Source: Octopus vulgaris (Eukaryota). From it: 64,000 bases of DNA. Position numbers and translations under genes: made by a program. This document shows, one piece after another, positions 52,079 through 64,000 of this stretch. Below the pieces are notes generated by a model, which made no database searches, had not been told where the DNA came from, and saw nothing but the letters and a program-made list of their open reading frames with translations. The stretch is from assembly GCA_951406725.2 (NCBI GenBank), contig OX597820.1, forward strand, positions 79,112,001 through 79,176,000. The letters are read 5' to 3'. How positions within the stretch are numbered: the first letter of the stretch is position 1; each line of letters opens with the position of its first letter.

Positions 52079-52685
52079 GAGCACTCAGAAAGTACAAACC
52101 TCCACCAAGGCAACACTAATGATTAACTGTATTTTTAAAATGAGAATATCTGAAATAAACTCGACTGCTCTTACGAATGAGAATACTAAAAACGAACCTG
52201 ACTGCTCTCAAAAATTAAGTAAAAAAACTGGAAAAATAATCCAGAATCCTTGTCTGGTACCTGATTGATCCCAATGGTAGTCATGGAATGTGAAGGTGGC
52301 TGTAGAAAAATTTGGTAACAGTAATAAATAGTTTATCTTTATCTAAGCCAAAGTTAACAAATTCTCCATTCAAAACAGTTACAGCCTAAAGGGAGATAAT
52401 TAGAAAGACTTGAAAGTTAATGTAAGATTGTAATCATGTCAAGTAAATATAACAAATAATCCAGAATCTTTGTTCGGTACCGGGTTGATCCCAAAATTTA
52501 ATCAGTTCGTGTCAGTCACGGGGCCAAACATCCCTGAAAGTTTCATCCGAATCCATTCAGCGGTTTTTGAGATATCTTGTCCACAGATAAACAAACAAAC
52601 GTGACTGAAAACAATATTTCTGCCTTAGTGAAGGTGGAGATAATAATAATATAGTAACAATAGAATAATAATAATAATGACTGAC

Positions 52686-52845
52686 CTTGATCTCCCATGG
52701 CACATGAAAACTCAGTCCCTGGCTTTAATTTCTGCATACAATATCGTCCTCTAAGAGTATAGGCACATGAAAGGCAGAGTTTTTTATACAAAACAGTTTG
52801 ACCACTTAAAGAATCTGGTTTCTGAGGTAATTCGACTGAGTAACC
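52686..52845 (-). CDS. DCDC1: DCDC1-like exon, Cys-containing region
   Basis: Acceptor cttttccag, donor gtcagt. 160 nt, phase 0->1, GYSVELPQKPDSLSGQTVLYKKLCLSCAYTLRGRYCMQKLKPGTEFSCAMGDQ. Confidence 0.85.
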
Positions 52846-55800
52846 CTGGAAAAGTTTAGAAAAGAAAATAAATTTTTGTCACTCCTTCATTTAATTATCT
52901 GCCACTAATTACAAACGCAATTAGAGAACATATAAAAACAATCCTCCATGAGCCCTCGGGTGCATAAGGAGTTACCTGGTTCCCATGGTGTTTAAGTGAC
53001 TGAGATCATAACATTTCATTTGAGTGGTGGGTGTTAAAACAACAATGATGATGATGATTTTTTCAGTAGTCTACTAATACTCCTCTACCACCTTTTACTA
53101 AGACTAAATACTGATTCCAAATTTTGGCACAAGGCCAGCAATTTCGGGGGAGGGGGCAAGTCGATTACATCGACCCAGTGTTTCACTCATATTTAATTTA
53201 TTGATCCCGAAAGGATGAAATGCAAAATCGGCCGTAGTGGAATTTGAACTCAGAACATAAGGATGGATGAAATGCCACAAAGCATTTTGCCTGGTGTGCT
53301 AACGATTCTGCCAGCTGACTGCCTTACTATGACTAAATCTTAAAACAAAGGAAGCTCTTCCCAGATGAGACATAAACTGCCTTCTAAGTAAGATCCTTAT
53401 CTAATATAAGCCAAAATGAACAAAGGGAGATAAATGAGAAAGACTTGAAAGTTAACTTAAGATTGTAATCATGTAAAGTAAATATAACAAATAATCCAGA
53501 ATCTTTGTCTGGTACCGGATCAATCCCAAAATCTAATCAGTTTGTGCCAGTTACGAGGCCAAACAGCCCTGAAAATTTCATCCGAATCAATCCAGCGGTT
53601 TTTAAGATATCTTGTCCACGGACAAACAAACAAACACGACTGAAAACAATATCTCTGCCTTTGCTAAGATGGAGGTAATAATAATATAGCTTTTTCTTAT
53701 GGAAGGATTTCAAGACTGCCTTACAAGGTGATGAAATACTCATAAATTCCACAGCCTTCATAACACTTTCTTTGTTTTGCTTTTTTACAAGTAGTAGGAA
53801 ACTTTAGGGAGAGCTGAACAACAGAAGGTCTTCAGAAAAGAAGATCCCATCATACAAATGTTTCAGCCCTTAACTCCTTACACTGTAAGAGAGCTGGGCC
53901 ATATCTGGGCTATGATTCCTGGATACCACTCTGCTTTCACATTCTGTGCTATTCTTCTACATTGCAATCCTCCCTGATGGTTAAGATGACCCAGAACCAA
54001 AGTACCTTACACATAGCCATTCCAGTTGAAGACACTAGTTGACTCTGGAATAAATTATGCTTTTAAAATTCACTTTCATTCCTCTTTGACCAAATCTTCT
54101 CAGCTGCTTCTGCCATTGGCTCAAGAGCTAAGGTTCTCTTTCTCCCAGAAATTGAGAGCATTATTTAAATGAAGAGGTGTAGGAGCAATGAGGGAATTCT
54201 GAGATTGGTACAAGATGGAAGGAAGAAAGAAAATTATACTCATATAGGAGGAGAACTGGTTTGAATGCTTGCAACAGACAGATTCTGCTACAAGCATCCA
54301 TGGGATATGTGGTGGTGTGGGAATGAACAGTGGATTAAATGACTTATAACATCTTTCACAGCTTCTTAGAGCAAGAGGGGCCCAAATAAGGGCTTCTGCA
54401 TAGTAGTTTGTGTGCAAGATATAGTAGCACAAACCCCCTTAATCCTTTTGTTACCATATTTCTGTTGAGCTGCTCTGTGTTTCTTTCAATTAATTTTAAA
54501 TATAACAAAGAATTTAGTAAAATAACTTATCATTAAGCTGGCATTAGGATCATAAATTGTGACTAAGGTTTAATGGAAGATTTTAATTCAAAACTTATGA
54601 AAACAAGACATTTGTACTAAAGAGCCAGAGGTGATTTCAGCTAGGTTGGTATCAAAAGGGTTAAATAACATCCTATCATCTTAGAAATATTTTCCTATGG
54701 CTAGACATATTTTCACAGAAAATTGGCAAAGAAACCCAACGCTTGTTTGTTAGTGACACTTGATGCCAAGGAAACAGTAACACACATGATAGGCTTCTTT
54801 TGGTTTCCACCTACTGAATCCCCACAAAAGACTTTGGTCAGCCCAGAGCTATAGGGGTTATAATAGAAGACACTTGTTCAAGAGGACATGCAGTGGGACT
54901 GAACCTGAAACCATGTGGTTGGGAAGCAAATTTGTTACCACACAGCCATGCCGGCACCTATTCAATTGATTATAATTCTTCTATATAAGAAAATTGGTCT
55001 GAAATTCTAAGCTAAAGAAATCAATATTCTTTAAATTCCTTCCTTTTGTGAATTGTACACCAAAGTAGACTAATGACAGAAAAATGATACAATACTTTGA
55101 TATTTCTTACAAAGAACATTATTCAAATACAAAACTTCAAACCATTTCTTCTTTCATTTCCATTATGTAGTAGTTTTAAATGGTTAACCTATCTTTACAT
55201 AGGATGATGACAATAAAAACAATGGCATCGGTAAAGCTGATCAACTCACCATGAATGCATATGTATTACACTGTGTGTGGCGTATTTCATGTAAATAATC
55301 AGGTGATATGATACACCTGTAACGTGTAGGTGGAGAACTGTGGAATAAAATCAATAATTGCTTACTAACATACACACTTCACATGCATTTAAATACCTGC
55401 ATTTTGTGTGCTTATATGCATATGCATTCTTTTATTTGTTTCAGTCATTTGACTGAGGCCATGCTGGAGCACAGCCTTTAGTTGAATGAATCGAGCCCAG
55501 GACTTATTCTTTGTAAGCCTAGCACTTATTCTATCGGCCTCTTTTGTTGAACTGCTAAGTTACAGGGATGTAAACACACCAACACTGCTTGTCAAGCAAT
55601 GGTAGGAGGACAAACACAGACACAGAAACACAAACACACACACACACACACATATGATGGGCTTCTTTCAGTTTCTGTCTACCAAATCTATTTACTAGGC
55701 TTTGGTTGGCCTGAAGCTATAGTAGAAGACATTTAACCAAGATATCATACAGTGGGACTGAGCCTGGAACCATGTGGTTGGTAAGCAAGCTTCTTATCAT

Positions 55801-56472
55801 ACAGTTGTTCCTGCACCTATAAATGTATATATCATGATCATCATTGTTTAATGTCCACTTTCCATGCTAGCATGGGTTTGACGGTTTGACTGAGGACTGG
55901 TGAGCTGGAGGCTGCACCAGGTTCAATCCAAACTGGCAAGTTTTTACAGCTGGATGCCCTTCCTAATGCCAACCACTCCAAGAGTGTAATGGGTGCTTTT
56001 ACATGTCACCAGCACAAGGGCCAGTCAGGTGGTTCTGGCAATGACCATGCTCAAAAGGTGCTTTTTACATGCTACCTGCACAGGAGCCAGCCCGGCAGCA
56101 CTGGCAACGACCATGCTTGAATGTTGTTTTTCATGTGCTGATAAGGTGACGTTGGCAACGATCACACTCGAATGGTGCTTTTTACGTGCCACCAGCACAG
56201 GAGCCAATCCATGTCCCTGGCAACGATCACGCTCGGATGTGCTCTTAACGTTCCACTGGCATATGTGCCAATCAGGTGGTACTGTCATTGGCCACGTCAG
56301 TGATTTTGATTAGATTTCACTTGCCTTAATAAGTCTTTACAAGCAGAGTTTATTGTCCAATGAATGAGGGGTGTTCATAAGTGGGCTGGTTACACCCCAT
56401 GCTCGGATGTGCTTTTAATGTTCTACTGGCACAAGTGGCAATCAGGCAGTACTGTCATCAGCCTTGTCAGTG

Positions 56473-56523
<51 letters not shown>

Positions 56524-56715
56524 CACCATCCAACCATCACCACCATCATTATTTTCATTTCTTTCTCCTTGCAAGTATGGGTTGGCCTCATGGTTAGGGT
56601 ATTGAATTCATGACTGAAAAATAATCCTTTTGATTCTATGAATGGGTGATGCATTGTGTTCTTGAGCAAAATCATCCATTTCACATTGCTCCAGTCCACT
56701 CAGTAGTAAATAAAT

Positions 56716-56907
56716 AACCCTGCAATGGACTGTGGAAGTTAACCCTGCAATGGACTGTGGAAGTTAACCCTGCAATGGACTGTGGAAGTTAACCCTGCAA
56801 TGGACTGTGGAAGTTGTACCTGCTTTGGACTGGGGAATTTAACCCTGATTTGGACTGGGAAAATTAACCCTGCATTGGATTCAGGAAGATAACCCTGCAA
56901 TGGACTG
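56716..56907. repeat. 25-bp minisatellite (aaccctgcaatggactgtggaagtt) inside an old SINE (about 56575-57010)
   Basis: Four identical units at 56716-56815, then about four diverged units. Confidence 0.9.
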
Positions 56908-58292
56908 GTGTCTCATTCAGGTGTGTGGTGGGGAGTGTTGTAACCTTCATCACTTAATGCTATGGAAACTAGGTTAAGCTCTGGCCTAATGAGTCCTGGG
57001 CTTAGGACATCGTCGTCGTCACCGTCATTGTCATCATCTAACATCCACTTTCCATGCTTGCATGGAACGGACAGTTTCACAGGCTCCAGTTGACTGTTTT
57101 GGCAAGTTTCTATGCATATACGCCCATTACCTATTATACTCTTTTTGATCACATTGTTTACATAGATGTATTCATATACGAAACATAACTTTCAGTGCTG
57201 GCTCTAAAATCTATAGAAAATCAGTTGAGATAACTTAAAAAGTGATAAATATATGTATGTATTTATACTTTTGCAAGAAGAGGGATGGCAGTGATTTTGA
57301 TATTTTGACCAAAGCTTCAAAGTCACTGTCACTCCTTTTGTTAAATTTTAAATAACTGTCTACTCTACAAAGGAGTACTGAATAATTCTTTAGTTTAATG
57401 GGAAATTGTATTTTTCTTGAAACTCAACATATAAATAAACATTAATCTATATCACCACCACAACCACCATCATCATCATCATCACCATTTAATGTCTGTT
57501 TTCTTTGCTGGCATGGCTTGAACAGTTTGACAGGAGAGCTGAGCAGCTGAAGAGCTCCCTGGGTCCCACATATGTTTTTCGTATGGTTTCTATGGTTGGT
57601 TGGATGTCCTTCCTAACACCAACCACTTTACAGAGTGTGCTGGGTGCCTTTTACACAGCACCAGCATGGGTGCTTTTGTTACGTGGCACTGTTACAGGTA
57701 CTTTTTATATGGCACCAGCACCCATGACCCCCACAAGATTAGGAATGCTCAGTTGGAGAAAAATGCAAGGGACCCAGCCTGTATGCAAGGATAATCATGA
57801 TTTTATTTAGCTTGACGTGACTGCTCAAAAACACCAAACTGCCGGGAGTGTCAGTCCCCTGTCATCTCCTCTGTAAGGCCCAGATACATACATACTCACA
57901 TACACACACACACACACTCACACTCACACACACATATACATACACACACTTACATACTTGGATATACAAATACACACACAAATACACACATGTGTATATA
58001 TGTGTGTATGTGTATTTGTGTGTGTGTGTGTGTACCTAGATGATCACATATACATGCAGACACACACACACACATAAATATACATACACACATACACATA
58101 CACAGAAACACACACATATAAATACATACATACCTACATACTTATATATGCACATACACACACATATGTGTATGTGCATTTGCATGCACATGTGCACATA
58201 TGTACATAGACAATCACATTTACATGCAGAGAGAATAAATAACAGAAATAGAACGAAATAAACTGAAATAAATCTTCTGAAATCCAACTTAC

Positions 58293-58363
58293 TGGTTGAT
58301 CAATTTTCGTCTTCGCTATAATAGCAAAAGTACAAATATTGCTGGAGCTTGCTGCTGTGATTT
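58293..58363 (-). CDS. DCDC1: Doublecortin-domain protein (DCDC1/DCDC5-like), first exon visible in window
   Basis: Acceptor ttttctttcacag, donor gtaagt. 71 nt, phase 1->0, (E)ITAASSSNICTFAIIAKTKIDQP. Joins in frame to the 52845 exon. Confidence 0.8.
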
Positions 58364-58945
58364 CTGTGAAAGAAAACAACAAATATAACAAAAGACAAGT
58401 TTAGACATTAGTCTAATGCTAATGTTACAGACTTTTTACTTCACCTGTTGTGTCTGTTCCATTGTATATTATTTTGCAGTGAATTAATCTGATATAGTTA
58501 CTATGAAAGCAACATTGAAATATGGTATCGGCTATAATGTTTCAGAATTCAGGTGTAACCAGTTTTTAAAAGGCATAAATATTATAGTTGTGGGCATGGC
58601 TATATGGTTAAGAAGCTTGCTTTGCAACCATGTAGATTCAGGTTCAGTCCTACTGCGCAGTACCTTGGTACTTTGGGCAAGTGTCTTCTACTATAACCCT
58701 GAGCCAACCAATGCCTTATGAGTGAATTTGATATATCGAAACTGTATGGTAACCTATCATCATCATCATCATCATCATTTAATGTCCATCTTCCATGCTG
58801 ACATGGGTTGGATGGTTTGACAGGGGCTGGAAGCACAGAGGACTGATCCAATCTCCACTGTCTGTTTTGGTATGGTTTTTATGATTGAATGCCCTTCCCA
58901 AGACCAACCACTTTACAGAGTGGACTGAGTGCTTTATACATATAT

Positions 58946-59074
58946 ATATTGTTATATTTCGGAATGGTCATATTGCCAGTTTAGCCAATAAAAACACGCA
59001 CTAAACTGGCAATATGACCAGTGTGTTTTTATTGGCTAAACTGGCAATATAACCATTCCGAAATATAACAATAT
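58946..59074. repeat. 54-bp inverted repeat with a templated spacer
   Basis: 58946-58999 vs 59021-59074 with 2 mismatches. The spacer is a partial reverse-complement copy of the left arm. Confidence 0.9.
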
Positions 59075-59122
59075 CTGTTTCAACACACGACTTCACATAA
59101 AAAAATCTTGCACAACAAATAT

Positions 59123-59174
<52 letters not shown>

Positions 59175-59388
59175 CACAGTATATAGTAAAAATACCTTTT
59201 TAAATGAAAAAAAAGAACATAATGATGAGGTAAAATAACAAACAAACATAGTGTATTAGGCTTAGACTCATAAAATTGGATGAAGACTTTAATGTTTCAA
59301 GTACACGCTCTTCTACAGAAAGGATGGATGAAGAGAGGCAAAATCAGAGAGAAAAGAACAAACATGTCTTACTTAGATAGTCACTACA

Positions 59389-59431
<43 letters not shown>

Positions 59432-59789
59432 TATGTACCTGTGTTTGTCACACACCACTGCCTGACAACTGATGTTAGTTTGTTTATGTCCCCATAACTT
59501 AATGGTTCAACAAAAGAGAATGTTAGAATAAGTACCTGACTTAGAAAAACTTAAGTAGTCATAGCTAATGAAGTTTGCTATCGTTAAATAAACTGCACAT
59601 CATGTGTCCTACTAATCTATAATTATTTTATATATCATGAGTACAAGCATGGCTGTGTGGTTAAGAAGCTTCCTTCCCAATGTTGCTGATCTGGTTTCAA
59701 TTCCACTGTATAGCACTATTTTCTAACATACCCCAATGTAACTGATTCTCTTGTGAGTAGAATTTTACAAATGAAAACTGACTGGAATT

Positions 59790-59790
59790 C

Positions 59791-59828
<38 letters not shown>

Positions 59829-59923
59829 GTTGGTTGGTTGGTTGTGTGCGTGTGTGTGTGTGTGTGCATGCATGTATGTATGTATGTATGTATGTATGTA
59901 TGTATGTATGTATGTATGTATGT
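59790..59923. repeat. Compound (GATT)n(GGTT)n(GT)n(ATGT)n microsatellite
   Basis: Direct reading of the sequence. Confidence 0.95.
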
Positions 59924-60465
59924 AGAACCTATTATCATCCTTCTGGCACCTTAAGAAAAAGTTTTTAAAAAAATGCTTTCAGTGATGCCGACTGCACCTC
60001 ATCTTTTTTCATTATTCTCCCCACCTAATACTGACATCTTGGAGAGGTCATCATCCTTGAACTCATGTCAATAGCTATAAAATGGTAAATAAGTAAATAA
60101 ATAAATGGTAAATACATGCCAAATTGAAAAGAAACCCTCACTCCTCCCTCTCTCTACCTATCTATCTGTCTGTCTGGCTGTCTACCTATCTGTTTACCTA
60201 TCTATCTCCAATGTCCTGGAACCTCACCCAACAAAAACAAAAATGTTCTCTTCTTCTAAATAAATAAAAAAAAACACCTGATTTATATAAATGAACATCT
60301 TGTTTGCACATTCACAATTTTACTTGACAAGTTCGAAAACGAATGAAGGCACTAATAATAATGAATAAATAATAAAAAAAAATTTTTCAAAATTCTGGCA
60401 ACCTCCTTTTCCCCCAATATACAATATCTGTACATCACTTCTGACACTCTATACATATATATATA

Positions 60466-61760
60466 ATAGGTTGTTCTGAAAATAATGGCAGCTCTAAGTA
60501 TAGTGTTTTGAAATGCAATTTAATCATAGTATTTTAATATTTCTGGTGAATTTCGACATACTTAATAATTAATGTATGCTCTTTAATAATTTTCTACTTA
60601 TTTCAGACACAAAACATTCTTGAAGCCTAGGTACTCTTAATTATGAACATGACAAAAAAGGACCTTCGCATATTTTTCTTGCATGAGTTCAAGCCTGGGC
60701 ACAATGCCTGCCAAATTGCTGCCAATATCAACAGAGCATGGGGAGAGGGGTCCACAAATAATCTCACAGTACGAAGGTAGTTTCAGAAATTCTGTAGTGG
60801 TGATGAGAGCCTTTAAGATGAAGAAGGTAGAGGGCTGTCATGCAGTCTTGAAAATGAACAATTGAAAGCAATTGTTGAACAAAACCCATGTCAAAGCATC
60901 AGAGAAATGTCTCAGGCACTTGGTGTCGGTGTTGCAATGGTCTCATGCAATCTGCAGAAGATTGGTAAGGTGTAAAAGTCAATAAATGGGCATTGCATGA
61001 ACTCAATAAAAATCAAAAAGTTTGGCATTTTGAAGTGTGCTCGATGCTCTTTCTGTGAAACATCAATGATCCTTTTCATGACTGAATAGTCACTTGTGAT
61101 GAAAACTGGATCCTTTATGATAACCGTAAACAATCAGATCAATGGCTTGATTGTGATGAGTCCCCCAAACATTTCCCAAAGCCAAAGATTATGGTCACTG
61201 TCTGGTGGTCTGCAATTGGTGTTGTCCATTACAGCTTTTTGGAAGCCAATCAGAGCATTACAGCAGAGGATTACTGCAATCAACTCACTGAAATATATGC
61301 TCACTTGCAAAAAATGAGATCTGCATTGGTGAATCAGCATGGCCCAATTCTGCTCCACAATAATGTAAAGACACATGTTGCATGAATGACACTGCAGAAA
61401 CTCACAGACTTGGGATACGAGACTTTACACTGCAGACTTGTGATATGAGACTTTACCTCATCCTCCATATAATCTCCTAATCCTTCACCCACTGACCACC
61501 ATTTCTTAAAGCATTTAATCATGTTTTTAAGCAATAAAACTTACAGGTCGAAATCAGAGGTGGAATCAGCTTTCAAAGATTTCTTAGCATCAAAGCCAAT
61601 AAGTTTTTATGAATGAGGCATAAATAATCTCGTTGATTGATGGCAGAGATACATAGATGTTCACGGCTCATACTTTGACTAATCAAAACATTTTTATTGT
61701 TAATTTTTCCAGAATAAAATTATGTTTCTGAAATCGGCCGTTATTTTTGGAACAACCTAA
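60466..61760 (+). mobile_element. Full-length (1295 bp) inactivated mariner transposon, cecropia/Hsmar1-like
   Basis: TIRs ataggttgttctgaaaataatggc / gccgttatttttggaacaacctaa, with TA on both sides. Confidence 0.92.
60643..61682 (+). pseudogene. Mariner transposase pseudogene
   Basis: MNMTKKDLRIFFLHEF...IVTCDENWILYDN...MVTVWWSAIG...ILLHNN...HPPY..(P)SPTDHHF...GSYFD*. Many stops and frameshifts; the second catalytic D (HDN) reads N. Confidence 0.9.
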
Positions 61761-61764
61761 TATA

Positions 61765-62238
61765 ATAAAGTGTCAATCTCTCAAAGTAGATGGAACACGT
61801 GGAAGCGGGAAACCCAAAAAGACATGGGACAAAGTACTGAAAGACAACCTCAGGATGCTGGACCTTTTGGGCGAGATGACAAAGGACCAATATGCTTGGC
61901 ACCTTGCTGTTCTCAAGAAGACATGTGCTCCACAACAGAAGTGTTATGGTTGGTCTCCCTGATGAAAAGGATTGGCCTGTAAGAGCCCTGCAGTAGTGCC
62001 ACGTAAAAGGCACTGGTGCCAGTGACATGTAATAGTGCTTGTGCAGTGCCAAGTAAAAGCACCCAACACACTCCGCTGTAAAGTGGTTGGCATGTTAGGA
62101 AGGGCATCCAGCCATAGAAACCATGACAAAACAGACATAGAGCCTGGTGCAGCTCTCTAGTTTGCCAGCTCTGGTCAAACCAGCCAACCTATGCCAACAT
62201 GGACAACAGACATTAAATGATGATGATGATAATGATGA
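61765..62238 (+). mobile_element. RTE-type LINE 3' fragment adjacent to the mariner
   Basis: KCQSLKVDGTRGSGKPKKTWDKVLKDNLRMLDL...WHLAVLKKT, then the common UTR and (GAT)n. Confidence 0.8.
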
Positions 62239-64000
62239 CAATATATATATATATATTCTTTTCTTTTATTCTTTTACTTGTTTCAATCATTTGACTGCAG
62301 CCATGCTGGAGCACTGCCTTTAGTCGAACAAATGGACAAATCGACCCCAGAACTTATTCTTTGTAAGCCTAGTACTTAATCTATAGGTCTCTTTTGCCAA
62401 ACCGCTAACTTATGGGGATGTAAACACACCAGCATCAGTTGTCAAGCGATGTTGGGGAACAGACACACAAACACACACATATATACATATATACGACAGG
62501 CTTCTTTCAGTTTCTATCTACCAAATCCTCTCACAAGGCTTTGGCCGGCTCGAGGCTATAGTAGAAGATACTAACCACGCAGTCACTCCTACACCTATAC
62601 ATATATACATACAAATGTATATGTGTATATATTTTAGCAATGTGTTACAGATATAAAGGATCAGCAAGGAAATTTATAAACTGCTGTTTGCAAACAAAAA
62701 TCCCGTGTGATATTTAGTTTCACCCAAGTTGCATATGAATCCCTTATCACTCTCATCATTGTAAACACAATAAACCTGCAACTGGCTCCTCTAATCAATG
62801 ATATCATTGTTCACAAAATCTGATATTTAATCTCAACCAAGTAAAAAACCAAAATAAAAAATTGTGTTCAAGTTCTCTCACGCGATATTCATTCCTCAAT
62901 TATTTTAGAGCAAGTATAAATATTCTTATACAGAATTAATCTGAAGATACTATTGTAAGGATTGTGCTATTTATATATTGGAAATGATTACCAAGAAGTT
63001 AGAATTTTGATTGTTGTTACATTTTGTTTTTAAAGATAACAGGAAGATTTTTGAATGAGATCTGGCTGTCACATACGTAGGTGGAATGATGACTCACACA
63101 TTGTTTAGCAATGTTTATTCAACAGCTTCAAAGTACACTGTTATATTTGTACAATATACAATAATAGACTATTTCTATGGTTGCTGTATTACGATGGTAT
63201 TATATTAATATATTTTGAAATATCTATTCAGCTTTATATCCAAACAACTCAGTTGTATAACTGTACAACAATATTTATATCTACATAACCATATGTTGAA
63301 ACATATGTGAGTATATTTTTACAACTAATAAATCATTCTCAATTATATTTGATAATTAGAAAATCATTATTTGTAAATCTTGTGAGATTTACAAATAGTA
63401 ATTTTCTAATTTATAGATCACTGACTAGTTGTCACTTTAAAAACTATATATTTTGAATGAGAATTTGGCAGCACCACTTCTAACCGAACAATCATTCCAT
63501 GCTGATGAAAGGAAATAACCTGGAAATTGCGATACACAGATATTGTTTTGAGCTGAGTGGGGGTGCTAGATTCCCTTGTTCAAAGATATAAGGACACAGA
63601 TCGTGTCGTATAACCAGCTGGAGACGCTGTCTCCTGGGATGAAATTACAGCAACATTTGTCCTAAAGCAGGACTGCCATGTTATGTTGGCAAATAATCTT
63701 TACTCCATATTTGATAATATTTTCTACTTAATAGATATTTATCCAACTAGTACCATAATTATTGTTTTAACTTCTCCTTTACCATGCTTCCATGGGTTGG
63801 ATGAAACTTACTGGGGTGGATTTTCTACCAACAGAAGCCCTTCCTGTTCGCAAGCATCACCTGTTTCCATGCAAGATAATATTTCTACATGACTAGGCAT
63901 ACCTCAGAAGATTGGAAATGAAGGACACAGCTTGTATGACGGGTGGCACTTGCTTACCGCAATTACATAAAACAAGGAGACAGTAACATACATACATTAT

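Noticed and set aside
53690-54430. GC-richer block with a 103-aa ORF
   Set aside because: No recognisable motif or splice-compatible frame; probably an old repeat that I cannot assign without a search.
56716-56907. CRISPR-like array
   Set aside because: Head-to-tail repeats with no unique spacers, no cas genes, and a eukaryotic SINE context.
58400-64000. Further upstream DCDC1 exons or a promoter
   Set aside because: Candidate segments near 60030-60075 and 62680-62780 contain stops or lack phase-compatible splice sites; the gene probably continues beyond the window.

Overview
Eukaryotic, AT-rich, repeat-saturated animal DNA. The SINE, RTE and Penelope repeat landscape and the long (TA)n tracts point to an octopus (coleoid cephalopod) genome; this is an inference from recalled repeat families. 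One protein-coding gene is supported: the 3' portion of a doublecortin-domain gene (DCDC1/DCDC5-like) on the minus strand. I assembled 11 GT-AG exons with consistent phase from 58363 down to 10491 (1613 nt, about 537 aa, two DCX-like domains), plus a tentative last exon at 8672-8586. The 5' end probably lies beyond 64000. Almost every other ORF in the track is a microsatellite or repeat artefact. The introns hold at least four tRNA-derived SINE families, RTE and CR1-like LINE 3' ends, mariner/Tc1 relics, piggyBac-type and Tc1-type MITEs, Helentron-associated (HINE-like) elements, a decayed Penelope ORF and a CpG-decayed 18S rRNA fragment. Two signals stand out. (1) Four type-I minimal hammerhead-ribozyme motifs of Penelope type with palindromic stem III, three of them on the gene's sense strand, plus several broken remnants. 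(2) A recurring signature of short-range templated rearrangement: foldback palindromes with a partial copy in the spacer, a double snap-back junction in a Tc1 element and a local templated insertion. Coordinates were counted by hand and repeat boundaries are approximate. No database searches were run.
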